From assembly GCA_030264375.1 (NCBI GenBank), contig JASCQW010000072.1:55642728-55706727 (forward strand): a stretch of DNA of 64,000 nucleotides, given 5' to 3'. The translations under genes and the position numbers were made by a program. Below the pieces are notes generated by a model. It was not told the DNA's origin and searched no databases. It was given only the letters and a program-made list of their open reading frames with translations. The stretch is from Carcharhinus longimanus. Taxonomy: Eukaryota. Shown piece by piece: positions 12,200-24,239 of this stretch. Position 1 is the first letter of the stretch. The number at the start of each line of letters is the position of its first letter.

Positions 12200-13340
12200 T
12201 ACTTGCTCTCAGAATTTCCTCAAATGAAACATGCTTCATCATAGTACTTAAGTTCTAACACACCACAGCTAGTATCACGTCTAATCTTGAGTGCACAACC
12301 AGTTCAATGATATTATCAAACTTTTCAGTTGTTCTGTTTCTTCCTTGGTAGAAGAAACAAGGGAGGTTCATGAAGAACTAACCTGAGTTATAGGAATATT
12401 ATTAATATTGTCTAAATAAGATTGCTGATTCAGTGTCTCGCCTAACTTGGTTTGATCAATGTCCAGACCCCCCTATGTATTTAAAGACCCCAGACTTGCG
12501 GCTTTGAATTCCTTATCATCTTGAATACCCCTTGTTCAAATTCAACAGAGCCTCCCCACAGGAAATCATCATCATCATGCATAATGATAATACCATAGTT
12601 TCTCCTTATGGTATCAGTAAAACATTGCAAGGTCTATCTTTAACTGGATGTGACATATTTTCACTAGGACAAACTTCATGGAAAAATATCACTCTCTTGG
12701 CACATCACTCAACTTCCATAGCTTTCCTTCTACATCACTAGCTTCTTTGGACAGTTCAAAAAAGTAGTCCCTGAAACTTCTCACCTTGTGAAAATGCAGC
12801 CTGTATGCCAAACATTTTACACTCCCAGGAATATGGTGCAAAAATAACCAAGAAAACCCTCAAACTTACTCTTCCTGCAGTAGGCGAGTCCATCCTGATA
12901 TTCTGATCCCTTAATTTCTCTTCAAAGCCTCAGGCTACTAATCTTGCTATGGCCTTATATGTGCTACATAAGAACATAAGAAATAGGAGCAGGAGTAGGC
13001 CATCTGGCCCTTCGAGCCTGCCCCGCCATTCAATAAGATCANNNNNNNNNNNNNNNNNNNNNNNNNNNNNNNNNNNNNNNNNNNNNNNNNNNNNNNNNNN
13101 NNNNNNNNNNNNNNNNNNNNNNNNNNNNNNNNNNNNNNNNNTTCTTCCTCAACTCCGTTCTAAACCGCCCCCCCTTTATCTTGAGGCTGTGCCCCCTAGT
13201 CCTACTGTCCTTTCTGAGAAGTACCTCTTCTGAATAGATCCTCTGGGGAGATAAAGCTAGTTGTCCCCTGCAGGTACTTCAATAAATATTCCAAATTCCT
13301 GCCAACTTTTTAACTCTGTTTAGGACTCCTTTAATGAGCT
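12200..13340 (-). pseudogene. Copia (RVT_2-type) reverse transcriptase remnant
   Basis: ELKSWQEFGIFIEVP (about 13270-13320); YKAIARLVA*GFEE...MDSPTAG (12880-12959); IQAAFSQG; GKLWKL; MHDDDDFLWGG at 12550-12582 (HVDD-type active site). Confidence 0.9.
12966..13204 (-). mobile_element. CR1-like LINE 3' end nested in the copia RT (spans N-gap)
   Basis: ACATAAGAACATAAGAAATAGGAGCAGGAGTAGGCCAT tail; the copia frame resumes on both sides. Confidence 0.85.
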
Positions 13341-13599
13341 TGTTTTCCAGTTTATTAGCAGTGACCAAATTCTCTCAGTCATGAAGACTTCTCCTTCTAT
13401 TGAGAGTTCCAGCTTGCTTTCTAGTCCTCATTCTTGTTAACTACAGCTCTTACATACATTCTTTTCCCTTTCTGCACTACTACTATGTGATCTGTCTCCC
13501 ATACAAGCACAATTTTGTCCACAAGTCCGTGACCTTTTTCTAGGATCATGGCCATTTTCTGGTTCAGCGTTGGAACTGATACCATGCTTTTTTTTTTAA

Positions 13600-14410
13600 A
13601 CATTGTTTTGCCAATGCAGATATCTTGTCTCTCGTCCTTCCTCCTGCACATTGAGACAGCTTTTGTATTTACCAAAGGCTTTTCCTGTTCTCCCTATTAT
13701 GGTGGCATCCCTGCACATACTGGTATCTTCTGACATGTGTGTTAGCATTATCCTTATTTTACGTAGATGTCTTTTTGAACAAATATCATCCTGTGCCTCA
13801 ATATTACTTTGTTCATAGTCTGTCAAACTGGTGTTTCCCATCATCTGCTCCTCATAACTGTCAGTCCATTTTATGAAGTGCACAGTGCCTCCTCACTTGC
13901 TGAGTACTGTTCAGAACCTGTGAAATGTATAGCCAGTACCAATCAACCGTGAAGAACTTACCCAAACAAACAATCTGATTAGTGTGTTGTACTATTACTA
14001 CTTACAATTACTCCCCATTACGTTGTCAGGCCGTTTCCACTCTTTTTGCCCAAGTCTTTTACAATATACCATATCTCCTTCTCGAAATTCTATTCCTGAT
14101 GGCCTTATGCAGTGTCATATGGCTGACCAAATTTGTTCCGAAGCCTCAGCTTTGATTAAAGCTTTTCTGGTTGCATGCAAGGCATTCAAATGAGCAGGAA
14201 AAGTAGAGCTAATGCTGCTCCCTTCTAGAGCCAGGAGAGCTTCTGATAGCACAGAAAGCACCCTTGGATTTCTATGAAGTGTAGGATATAAATATTCATA
14301 TCCCAAACTTTCAAGTCCATTGAAACTGTGTTCTTAAACTCCCTGGCTGGTGGCAAGTTCACAACAGGACATAGAGGTGTCTTGTGATATTTAATACAGA
14401 TTTCGCATTG
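13600..14410 (-). pseudogene. Copia integrase remnant (zinc-finger end, first D, C-terminal part; core deleted) plus linker
   Basis: QCEICIKYHKTP..PVVNLPPAREFKNTVSMDLKVWD (14300-14410); RNPRVLSVLSEALLALEGSSISSTFPAHLNALHATRKALIKAEASE; DATIIGRTGKAFGKYKSCLNVQEEG. Confidence 0.85.
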
Positions 14411-14454
14411 AATTCAATAAGGTCACCATACTGATTAATAGAGTGATCCGTGTG

Positions 14455-14645
14455 ATCTTACAAGGGAGGACCACCCCTTTGGAGGATATTTACATGCTGT
14501 CATGCCCAAACTTGAAGCAGGCGTTGCTTTCATACCCCCTGATCTTCTGTCAGTCTGTTTCATTGAGTGACACCAAATAGTAATTAAGCCAGTCTCACAC
14601 TTCCAAAGGACAACCACTGTCCAAAACTGCAGAGTTGAAGGAAGT
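14455..14645 (-). pseudogene. Copia aspartic protease remnant
   Basis: FNSAVLDSGC with LDSGC at 14610-14624, followed by ...FKFG...VVLPCKI. Confidence 0.85.
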
Positions 14646-14774
14646 AACCATCAATATTCTCATCAATGGATTCAAACTGTCAGTCATCAATACAAATTCC
14701 ATTATGGCAGCACCGTCATTTTCATTCTCAGATAAATCCATCCCATAGGTTACTTCAAAAACATTAGCTTCACT

Positions 14775-15950
14775 GTGAGCAGTTCAGTACAATGATACTG
14801 GGAATCACATTGATTAAGCACGCCCCATGCATATTTGGGGTTCAAATGCTTATCACTACCATCCCAAGCATGCTTTTGTCCCAACTTTCAAACTGGCTAC
14901 GGTCATGACCAGTTGCCTCACACCACTGGGGATCCAAGTTCAATCTGGGTCTCAGGTGACTATGTGGAGTTTGCACATTTCCCCCCGTGTTTGCATGGGT
15001 TTCTCTAAGCACTCACTTCCTCCCACAGTCCAAAGATGTGCATGTTAGGTGGATTGGCCGTGTTAAATTGCCCCTTAGAGTCAAAGGATAAGAGGTAAAT
15101 GTGTAGGGTTATAGGTATAGGGCAGGAGGTTGGGTCTGGACTCTTTCAGAGAATCAGTGTAGGCTTAATGGGGCAAATGGTCTCTTCCTGCACTTAGGAT
15201 TTAGGTCTCCTGTCATTAATCCCCTCTTGGTATTGGAATTTGTCTAATCTTTGATCAACCCTGAAATTGGGTCACGATTGAATCCTCTATCTGTTGCTTC
15301 ATGGTACTTTTGCTTGTATTTGCTAAGAAAGTGTCTGGGAACAACAGTTTTCCCAGAAATTTTTTAAGGGCTGCAGCTATTTGATTGAGGAGAGGATCTT
15401 TCCCCTGGAATGATTCCCCCATTCGTACCAAAACATTATCAACATGGAAAATGCAGCACAGTCCAATAAAACACCAATACGGATTCCAGAATTTCAAGTT
15501 CAAATTTCTGACATCTCTTGCAACATTTATCAAAATCCAAGAAATATTCTTCCTTGGACTGATCCTCTGATTTCCTAAACTTAAAGATTGCCCAGGTTTC
15601 ATGTACTTTCAGTTACTTGTTCTTTTTGGAACTCGTTCTTTTGATCCAAAAATTATAACAATGTACAAATCTCGCTTCTTGAACGAGATCATCCACTTTT
15701 CACTCTGAAAATACTTTATTCCCTTTCTTAGTTTTGGATGGTAACAATAATATTAATTCCATACCCTGCTTTTTTCAGGGTATGGAACTAATCCAGATCC
15801 ACATTTTCTACTGCTGATATGGTCCAGAGTCAGAAAAAAATTGTGGATAGTCAAAACGCGCAATTTTGTACAAATGCCCTTCCGTCACTTCATAAATTGT
15901 CAGCAACAGTACACTTGATTTCCTCAGACAGAGGCAAAAAGGTTCATATA
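14775..15950 (-). pseudogene. Copia gag remnant, interrupted by a V-SINE
   Basis: KDPLLNQIAAALKKFLGK; degenerate zinc knuckle LNPKYAWGVLNQCDSQYH near 14790-14845; lies between PBS and protease. Confidence 0.7.
14900..15200 (+). mobile_element. HE1-like V-SINE nested in copia gag
   Basis: TGTGGAGTTTGCACATT...TCCCACAGTCCAAAGATGTGCATGTTAGGTGGATTGGCC. Confidence 0.9.
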
Positions 15951-15971
15951 CAGGAGGCAATCACCAAACTT

Positions 15972-15985
15972 ATCCTCTCCTACCA
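15972..15985 (-). promoter_or_regulatory. Primer-binding site complementary to initiator tRNA-Met
   Basis: Minus strand TGGTAGGAGAGGAT vs expected TGGTAGCAGAGGAT (13/14), 1 nt after the 5' LTR. Confidence 0.88.
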
Positions 15986-15986
15986 C

Positions 15987-16179
15987 TGTCATCCCCAACA
16001 AGTGGCTGTGGCAGAGGAATCAATCCAAACTGGTCATTTACGTTCAAGCCAGTTTATTGTCAGACGCTGCCTCAGTGCTACTAACAAGAAGCTCTCCTCA
16101 CCAATGTTACAGCCATCTCTATTTATAGGACAATCAATGTCACATGTTTAACTAGCAATTCCCACACACTGAATTGACA
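15987..16179 (-). repeat. Copia 5' LTR
   Basis: Homology to 11288-11512; TATAAA on the minus strand at 16122-16127; followed by the PBS; right end +/-5 nt. Confidence 0.88.
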
Positions 16180-16889
16180 GTGTGTTTTTATTAGNNNNNN
16201 NNNGTTTGGATCCAGTATATTTTACACTCAAGAGCTGGGCCCTTCTTTCTGGTTTCCAACCGGGACTTAACCATTGCTTCCAAGACCTCTGTGGACTTTG
16301 TGCCTCCATAAAATGACTTTTGATTGTCACAAATTCAACTTGGTAACTGTAGGCCAGTGTCCTTTAATACAAAATTCTTTTCAAATAGTTCAGTACATGT
16401 ATATACAGCAATGACATTACAAATTAATATTCTACATAGCACATCTCTAAGAATGTAGACAGGTAATGTCAAAGACCAGGACAAGACTGGGGCTCAGTTG
16501 TCATGCCCACCATGATCGAATGGTCCACTGGCACTTACTGTCCAGGTTCTCTCAGGATGGGACAGCTTGAATTACAACAGGGAATCTAGCACCAGTGCAA
16601 CAGTCTCCCAGTAACAGCCTGTGCCATCAGGTTAAAATTGAAAAATAGAACAGTAAAGGCGGCAACTTAGCTGAAGCTTGTGTCACTTAGTATGTTGCTT
16701 CAGCCACATCTAATGTTTGAAAGACAACTGTTAATTCACCAGTGGTAAATCCAACAACTAATGCTGTTTTAGATTATTAGGCTTGGATTTTCATGGAGTC
16801 ATGGAGACTACTCAGACATTTAAAAATGGCAGGCTGTATTCGGATTCAGAAGCTCCATCCCCATTTCCGACAGATCTCATTCTCTCACA

Positions 16890-16980
16890 AATTGGAATGT
16901 TAGTCTTCTAAATCGTCTCGGAATTGCTCCTAGTGCATTTACATCTTTCTTTAAAAAAGGAAACCAATACTGTACTATGA
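16890..16980 (-). mobile_element. CR1-like LINE ORF2 fragment
   Basis: VQYWFPFLKKDVNALGAIPRRFRRL matches the CR1 VQFWSP...KD...LE.VQRRFTR motif. Confidence 0.7.
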
Positions 16981-17189
16981 TGAAATGTCCATTTACATCA
17001 ATCCAAGAGTTGATAACGTTATCCTCTATAGATGTTGTGCTAGTGACGTACAGCAATGTAGTTCTTGCAATTATTGCATTTTCTACACACAACTGATTTA
17101 GTTGCATTACAACAACATTCATTGAGCATCTCTATCATCGTAGAATGTCCCAAGCAAATCAATAGTAGAAGCAGAATTTGACACACATC

Positions 17190-17330
17190 CACATATAATA
17201 TTATGATAGGTAAATCAGCCAAAGAGGTAGGTTTTAATGAATGTCTCGAAAGACAAGAAAGTTAGAGATTTAGGAAGAGAATTACAGAGCTTAGAGCCTA
17301 AGCAGATTAAGGCGCAGATAGCTGATAAAC
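17190..17330 (-). mobile_element. L2-like LINE 3' fragment
   Basis: AAAGAGGTAGGTTTTAA...TTAGGAAGAGAATTACAGAGCTTAGAGCCTAAGCAG. Confidence 0.65.
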
Positions 17331-17619
17331 AACGCTGTTTATCTGACACGTAATAAGGTTTCACAGTACATAATTTTCCCTCCCTGCCAAATACTAAAAG
17401 CTCTGAAATTATTAACTTCCAGTGCAGCCCAATAAGATTCATTTCTTCACTGTAATGAGGAATAGAGTATACCACATTATCTCCAGGTTTCATGAGAATG
17501 GTAACCAAATATAACAGCAGCCCAAGACAATCCAAAATGGCTACCGTGTAGCCCCAATCAGGGTGGCTGCCCTGCCTTCCCAAAGTACTTATGACATCCA
17601 ATGCTACTGTACCAGTTCA

Positions 17620-17955
17620 AAGGCAAAATGCTGCAGATAGGAAATCTGAAATCTCAGCAAAGAATGCTCAGCTATCCAGGTAGTATCCATGCAGAGAGAG
17701 AACCACAGTTAATGGGCAGGATTCTCCATTCCTGTTCGTGCCCACCTTGGTGCAAGTGAGAATGGAGAATTTGGTGTTAGACTCCAAAACTCCATTCACT
17801 TTCTGCAGCACCGATATCCCAGCTGCAGACGAGGATGGAGGATTTTGGCCAACATTAAGTTTGTCAGAACTGGTGAATGGTCACTGACCTCTCATGTGAA
17901 CTTGGTTTCTCTCTGCCCTGCCTGCTGAATATTTCCAGCATTTTCTGTTAGTTTT
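17620..17955. mobile_element. Penelope-like terminal hairpin element (family P2) containing a small MITE-like insert at about 17714-17850
   Basis: Inverted arms AAAATGCTG..GAAATCTGAAA...GAGAGAGAACCACAGTTAA and GTTTCTCTCT...TGCTGAATATTTCCAGCATTTTCTG. Confidence 0.6.
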
Positions 17956-18138
17956 ACGAGGCCAAACGGTTTCAATGCATGCTCCCTGTGAGAAAATCAT
18001 ACCAAGATCATTTTGAAAATAAATATTGCCCTTTTGAGAACAGCTGCATCAAATGTGAACCAGCATTCCCAGTTCAGAGTTCAAACTGAATGAGGAGAGG
18101 CTTAACTTTTACAACAGCTGGCAGGCCAATGGAGGGAG

Positions 18139-18493
18139 TAGGGGTGCCAACCCTCCAAGTTTGGCCTGGAGACTCCAGGCATTAAAAATCAATCTCCAGG
18201 ATACTGCTGTGTGTGACCCCGGAGAAAAACTATCAGCGTAGTAAAAAAGGTGCTTTTAATTTTCTTTCAACATTTCTCTTTCTTGGATTGAAAAATATTG
18301 AAGATGTTCGGGGTGGGGGCCATGGAAGGGGGAAGATGACACATTGTAGAATTGGGTAATGAGTCTTTTTGCTTTCCAATTGGAGTAGGATGGCCATGCA
18401 TCACAAGGTATGCACCAATTAATGGCTGGAACGTGGAGGCAAGTCATGCGATGGAATCTCCAGGAATACATTCAATCACTGTTGGCAACCCTA
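18139..18493 (+). mobile_element. Non-autonomous DNA transposon with hAT-like TIR TAGGGTTGCCAAC
   Basis: TAGGGGTGCCAAC ... GTTGGCAACCCTA (12/13 inverted match); no clean TSD. Confidence 0.75.
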
Positions 18494-19534
18494 ATAGAGG
18501 ACCAATATTAAAAAGACAGGGACAAGTTGAAGAAACCAATGCAGCAAGAATTTGCCTAACAATTGATATATCTCCTCAACAAGACAGCTAGAAATCTACT
18601 GACTGTGTGGAGATGTTCCCTGGAGACAGCCAGAGAGTGTGATCGTTTTGAAGGACAGAGTTCATTGTAAAAATGGGAACATTTGTTGAATCATTTGCAA
18701 ACTCTATTTTCTTGGCAGCTGATATTGGATCACTAAGTTACACTTTGTAAAAAAACCCAAAAAGTAAGTTGGCGAGAAAATTAACAGAAGTCATCACTGA
18801 TGGTGAGCACAGTCTCTCCTGCAGTACCAACTCTTAACTAGGAATTTACAGTTTAGGACCACAGAGTATTACTACAGTTCTCTCAATTTATTTAATGAGG
18901 ATTGGCTCAGACACTAAGGTGTTCAACAAGGTTATCTGCACTTAAGCTGGAGGAATGCCAGTCTTCCACCCACCCCCATCGCACTGCTGCCCTCCATGTC
19001 TATTTAGTGGGTTGCCCAATACAGAAAAGGAATAAATTACATCCAAGAATCATTGGATGAATGCAGACAGCCTGCTATGTTGAATACTACTGTTTACTTC
19101 CACCTGCAGAAACAACCAGCAATAGATTGCGGCTATTAACTGTTTGAAATTGATTGCTGGAGATTTGATCCCATGACTTCCCACTGCCTTCAACAGGTTA
19201 CTCCACTCCCCACCCACCCCCATCATCATTAAGTCATGAAACAGTTACAGCACAAAGTGAGACCATTCAGCCCATTATGTTTATGGCAGCTTTCACCAAG
19301 GGCAAATCTACCAGTCCCACCATTGCCTCGGGAATAGGCATAAGTCATTTTTGATGGTAGATAATCACAATTTTGACAGACCTGTAAGAAAAACCATGAG
19401 ATAAAAGGGCATTTAGTGCCAAACAGAATCATTTTGCAAAATCAGAATGGTATTTAGAATTGCACCAGCCCAACATAAAACCAAGATTGGTAGATTTTGT
19501 TACATAAATGTTATTAAAGATTTCAGAGTTAACG

Positions 19535-19970
19535 ATCCATATACAAATTAGGAGGAGCAGGCCACTCGGCCCTTTGAGTCTGCTCCGCCATTCACTAAGA
19601 TTATGCTGATCTGATTGTAACTTTAACCCCACATGCCCACTTAGTCCTGATAGCCTTGCTAATCAAGAATCTAACCCCTCTCTGCCTTAAAAATATTCAA
19701 TGACTCTGCTTCCACTGCCTTTTAAGCAAGTGTTCCAGTGACTTACGATTCTCTGAGAAAACGTTTCTCCTCATCTTGGTCTTAAATGAATGACCTTTTA
19801 TTTTTAAACAGTGGCCCCCGGTTGTAGATTCTCCAAGAGGAAACATTCTCTCAACATCCATTCTGTCACTACCCCTCCAGATCTTAAAGGTTTCAATCAA
19901 GTCAGCTTTTAATTAACCTTTCTTCATAAGACAGCCCACCCATTCCTAGTGCTGGTCTAGTAAATCATCT
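19535..19970 (-). mobile_element. CR1-like LINE 3' fragment
   Basis: IETFKIWRGSDRMDVERMFPLGESTTGGHCLKIKG plus the CR1 tail; a further plus-strand tail at about 19975-20040. Confidence 0.9.
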
Positions 19971-21214
19971 TAAAATTGAATGGCAGAGCAAACCAGAGAG
20001 GCTGAATGGTCTAAGTCTGCTCCAATGTTCCTTTGTTCATGGATGTAAACAACCATGCATAGGGAATTAGAGGCATTCAATGTGCTTGACGTTGCCGTGA
20101 TTGAAGCAGTGACTGCAATGACTAGCAGGGTCAGTGTTGCAGTGATTCCTCACCTTTGGTTTGGGGCCAACGTAAAAGCGCGAATGGGGGTGGTGGAGGA
20201 GTTGAAGGTGGGAGTAACTGTAGGCTTTTAGCAGTTAAGGATTTGACCTTGTGTGTTCTGGAAGTTTCAACCAGGTTACCCATTCCTATGACTACCCAGT
20301 TGTTCCAAACACAACATTCAGACATCTCCCAAGAGAACATCGCTGCACCATTTGTGTCACCTTCTGTGGTTAAACTGCTTGCCAATCATTTGCAATGGAG
20401 ACCTTAACAACAACCATATGGAAGGTTCCCTTAAGCACAACTTCTAATAAAACAATACTCAATTACTGAGGAAGGTCTTCACACCATTTCAGCTGCCCAT
20501 CACCAACAAGATCTTTCCAATTAACATTACAGATCTGGGACACAAATTCCATCACTGGTGAATCTTGCTGAGCTATCGGGTGAGTTTTACATCAGTTTTA
20601 AACTCAACTTGCCTTCAGCTAAATCATCAGGACCTCCATTCTTCCTTCTTCCTCTCTACTCTTCACCCTCATAAGTGTCCTGTATTATGCCCCCATCATC
20701 TTGATTTTTCAGTTTGTAAAAGCAAAGACAGCCCTCTGTGGTCTGATATGAGTGGCTGCAACTCTTCTCTCATTGAAATGGTCAAAAGATCACACGCAAA
20801 ACAGCCTTGATCAGAGAACAGTGTGTCCAAAGTGAATGTTCCTTCAAAGATAGCTATGGACTTGATCTTGAAGGCACAACTCCTGAACAGGTTGTTTAAT
20901 GACTTTGGATCAATAGCAAAGGGGACGGTGAAGATCGCCCATTTAAAAATTACATGACCCTTTGAACTGACTGATTGTATCTTCCATAATATCAGATCTA
21001 TTTTTCCATCAAATGCATTATTACTTCAGTTTCCCAGACTCCCATGAAGAAGCACAGATAAACTGAGGTAACACGTTCTACACTCTACAAAAGATTACGT
21101 TAGTTACTTATCAACTGCCCAGTTGTTTAAACTTATCTATACTCAGTTCACGCACAGTTCAGGCAGCAGCATGTAACAAATACATCACCAAGGGTTATAG
21201 CTTGGCTGACTAAA

Positions 21215-21625
21215 ATTAATTTGCATTTATATAGTGCCCTTTACTGCCAAGGACTATTCCAAGCACTTCTTTGCCCAGGGGTACTTCTGAAACTTAGTCA
21301 CTGTTGCACTGTAGGAACCTCAGCAGCCAATTCACACACAGCAAGCTCCGTCAACAATGTGATAACCTGTTTGGTTTTGTCATGTTGATTGAGTAGAAAT
21401 GTGAAACAACCCCTCCCTCACTCTTCTTCAAAAGACTGCCATGGGCTCCTGTTTGTCCAACTAAGAGAACAGCCAGAGCCTCAGTTCAATGTTTCATCAG
21501 CAAGGCAGCACTTAACAGACCAGCCCTCTGTTAGGGCTGAACTAGAGAGTCAGCCAAGACATCGACGCCCAAGTGTCTGAAGTGGAACTTGAACCCAACA
21601 GAGGCAAGGGTACTACCAACTGTGC
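21215..21625 (-). mobile_element. DeuSINE
   Basis: TTGCATTTATATAGTGCC tail, GCAGCCAATTCACACACAGCAAGCTCC core, GAACTTGAACCCA head. Confidence 0.85.
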
Positions 21626-22079
21626 TATGCCTGCACTGCTAGAGTTATAGCTAGACGCTGGATTGCAAGGGTTGTAATTTAATTTTAACAGTCTCATAAA
21701 ATCATGAATGGCACTTCAATGTCAAATGATCTTTCAACATAAATTTTAATTCCACATACCCGCCAAGATGTGCTATTTAGGCTTACTAGAGTATTACTAG
21801 CACATATCAAACTAAAACCAGTGCATTTCAAATGCTGTCTCGCATTTTTTCATCTCGTCAAGCTATTGCCCCACTGTCCCACGCTTCACACCATTGTATA
21901 TAGCCCTATAACATATCAATACAATATCCCAGTTTATACAGGTCAACATGCTCTTTGATGAACACACATTTTGAACATCTCAATCTCCCACTTGTTCTAC
22001 TGGTGGAGTGTGTTTACTATTCTCTGGATGAAGGTGCTGTTCAGTAAGGAATCCTATGAGTTGGCAAACATCAGCTGGG

Positions 22080-22405
22080 GCTCACTAGAAGTATACATCT
22101 CCGAGTCAGGACACTGTGGGTTCAAGTACCACAATGGTTACACGAACATAAAAATCCAGATGGACACTCCAGTGAGGTGCTCGGAGAAAGTTGCACTCGG
22201 AGGTGCCCTTTTTCAAATAGGACATTAAATCAAGGCCCTGTCTGACCCCTCAGGTCAAAGGCCAATGTGTAAGAAAATTGCAAAGAAAACATTGTCTCGT
22301 CATTATTATATTGCTGGGCACAAATTAGCTGTCATGTTGGTTTTCGATTTTACAATACTTTGGTAAGTTGTGGTAGGCAGTATACAAATGCAAGTCTTTC
22401 TTTCT
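22080..22405 (+). mobile_element. DeuSINE, internally deleted
   Basis: GTGGGTTCAAGTACCAC...GGAGGTGCC...AATGCAAGTCTTTCTTT. Confidence 0.75.
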
Positions 22406-22580
22406 GATCCAGCAAAGTTGAAGGAACAGCGATATAGATAGGTTCTTGATTAGTATGGGGATCAAAGGTTACGGAGAAAACGCGGGATAATGGTGTTGAG
22501 CAACTCATAAGCTGCAATTGAATGGTGGAGCATACATGATGGGCCAAATGGTCTAATTCTGGTCATCTCTCTTATGGTCT
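22405..22580 (+). mobile_element. CR1-like LINE tail
   Basis: ATAGATAGGTTCTTGATTAGT..GGGATCAAAGGTTACGG...GATGGGCCAAATGG. Confidence 0.8.
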
Positions 22581-22999
22581 TAATACATACCCAAATTAAA
22601 AGTGAGACACACTTGGGAGTGACGGCATTGCTATGTCAACTTCTTGGAAGAGTTTAGAAGGTTAATCAAACTTATTTGTACCTTGAAACAAAGGCTTTCC
22701 AAGGCAAACAGGCTGGAAGCGTTCCTAGAGGAATGCATAGCTTGATGCAATTAGCGGTTGAGGGGAGAGATGTGATAGTAACAATGGCAGCCGTGAGTGG
22801 ATTTGACATAAATCAAGGCAGTTAGAGGGATCCATTTTTGTATCAAAAGAGAATAGTTGATAAAGTCTGGCCTTCAAAGCGTTTGTAAACTGTCAAGTCA
22901 GTAAGTCTCGTTTAAAAGAAAAAAATCCTTGCATTTATATGACAACCCATCACAACATTAGATGTCTCAAAGTAACTTATGGCCAGAGATCCATTAAAA

Positions 23000-24230
23000 G
23001 CGCAGAAACAGACCATTCAGCCCACTGAGTCCATGTCAGCTACTGTAAAACAAACTAGTCAGTCCCATTTACTTGCCCTATCCGAGTGACTTTACATCTT
23101 TCAAGTTCCCATCCAACCTCCTTGTGAAATCATTCGTCATCTCCTCCCACTACCCTTATGAACATCGAGCTGGAGGCCAATTAAGAAAAAATTATCCTCA
23201 CATCTCCCTTTGTATCTCTTGCCCAGAACTTTAAATATCCATCACACAGTCTTTGTACAATCAGACTAGCTTTAAATAAAACAGTCAAGAAAAGGCTGTC
23301 ATCATCTTGAACACAAACTTATTTGGACAAATAAATGGGAATCATTGGACACAACAAGTACCTGGTCTCAAATTCAACCTAACATCTCCCTGGCTACAAC
23401 CTTCCCAAGAGTGGTCATTCCTCAACAGGCTCAAGCCCAACCATAGCTCCTGCTTGATCAGTCCCCACAGATAGAGGGCTGGCACTAATATCCCATGTGC
23501 CTGTGGGAGAGAACAAGTTATGCAGCATTTCATAGAAGAGTATCCGATCCACACTCAGCAAAGCAGCACTGGAAGAAACTGCTTGGCTTAGGGACTTAAG
23601 TAAAATAATCATCTCAATTGTATCAGTCCTGAATCACCTTTGCTCTCAAGAGAACAACCCCAGCTTCTCCAACCTAAGCCTGTAGCTAAAATCCCTTTAT
23701 CTCTCAAACCATTTTGGTTGGCACTGCTGCTTCATATGCCAGGGACCCAAGTTTGATTCCAGCCTTAGGTGACTGTGTGGAGTTTGGTCTTAGATGACTG
23801 TGTGGAGTTTGCATATCCTTCCTGTGACCATGCGGGTTTCCTCCAGTTGCTCCGGTTTCCTCCAAAGTCCAAAGATGTGTAGGTTAGGAGGATTGGCCAT
23901 GGGAAATGAGCAGAATTACGGGCTTAGTGTGTGCAGGGGACCGCCTTGGTGGGATGTTCTTTTGGAGGGTCAGTACAGACTTGATGGTCTAAATAGCCTC
24001 TCTCTACACAATAGGGATTTAATGATTTTTTAAAATCTCTTTCTGCACCCTCTTAAAGACCCTCGTATCTTGCCGAGAGTGTGATGACCAGAATTGGATG
24101 CAATATTCTAGCTGTGGCTTAATCAGGGCTTTATAAATGTTCAGCATAAAACTTTCCTGTTTCTGTACAAAATACATCAATTTATGAAACCCAAGATCTG
24201 ATATGCTTTGTTACCCACACTCTCCATGTC
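23000..24230 (-). mobile_element. CR1-like LINE 3' region, fragmented
   Basis: Tail CCATTCAGCCCA at about 23012; AGAACAACCCCAGCTTCTCC; GACCAGAATTGGATGCAATATTCTAG (LEYCIQFWS on the minus strand). Confidence 0.75.
23715..24025 (+). mobile_element. HE1-like V-SINE with small internal duplication
   Basis: TGACTGTGTGGAGTTTG occurs twice; AGTCCAAAGATGTGTAGGTTAGG. Confidence 0.9.
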
Positions 24231-24239
24231 TACTTACAT

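Larger units (their letters stand above)
11288..16179 (-). mobile_element. Ty1/copia LTR retrotransposon (GalEa-like), decayed and internally deleted, with both LTRs
   Basis: Paired LTRs, tRNA-iMet PBS, PPT and the copia domain order gag-PR-IN-RT-RH on the minus strand. Confidence 0.93.

Noticed and set aside
14640-14730. Plus-strand peptide VTINILINGFKLSVINTNS resembling a retropepsin start
   Set aside because: It has no catalytic Asp, and the real protease motif LDSGC lies on the minus strand next to it.
11283-16184. 5-bp TSD for the copia element
   Set aside because: Flanks CAATC and GTGTG do not match; eroded, or the right boundary is slightly off.
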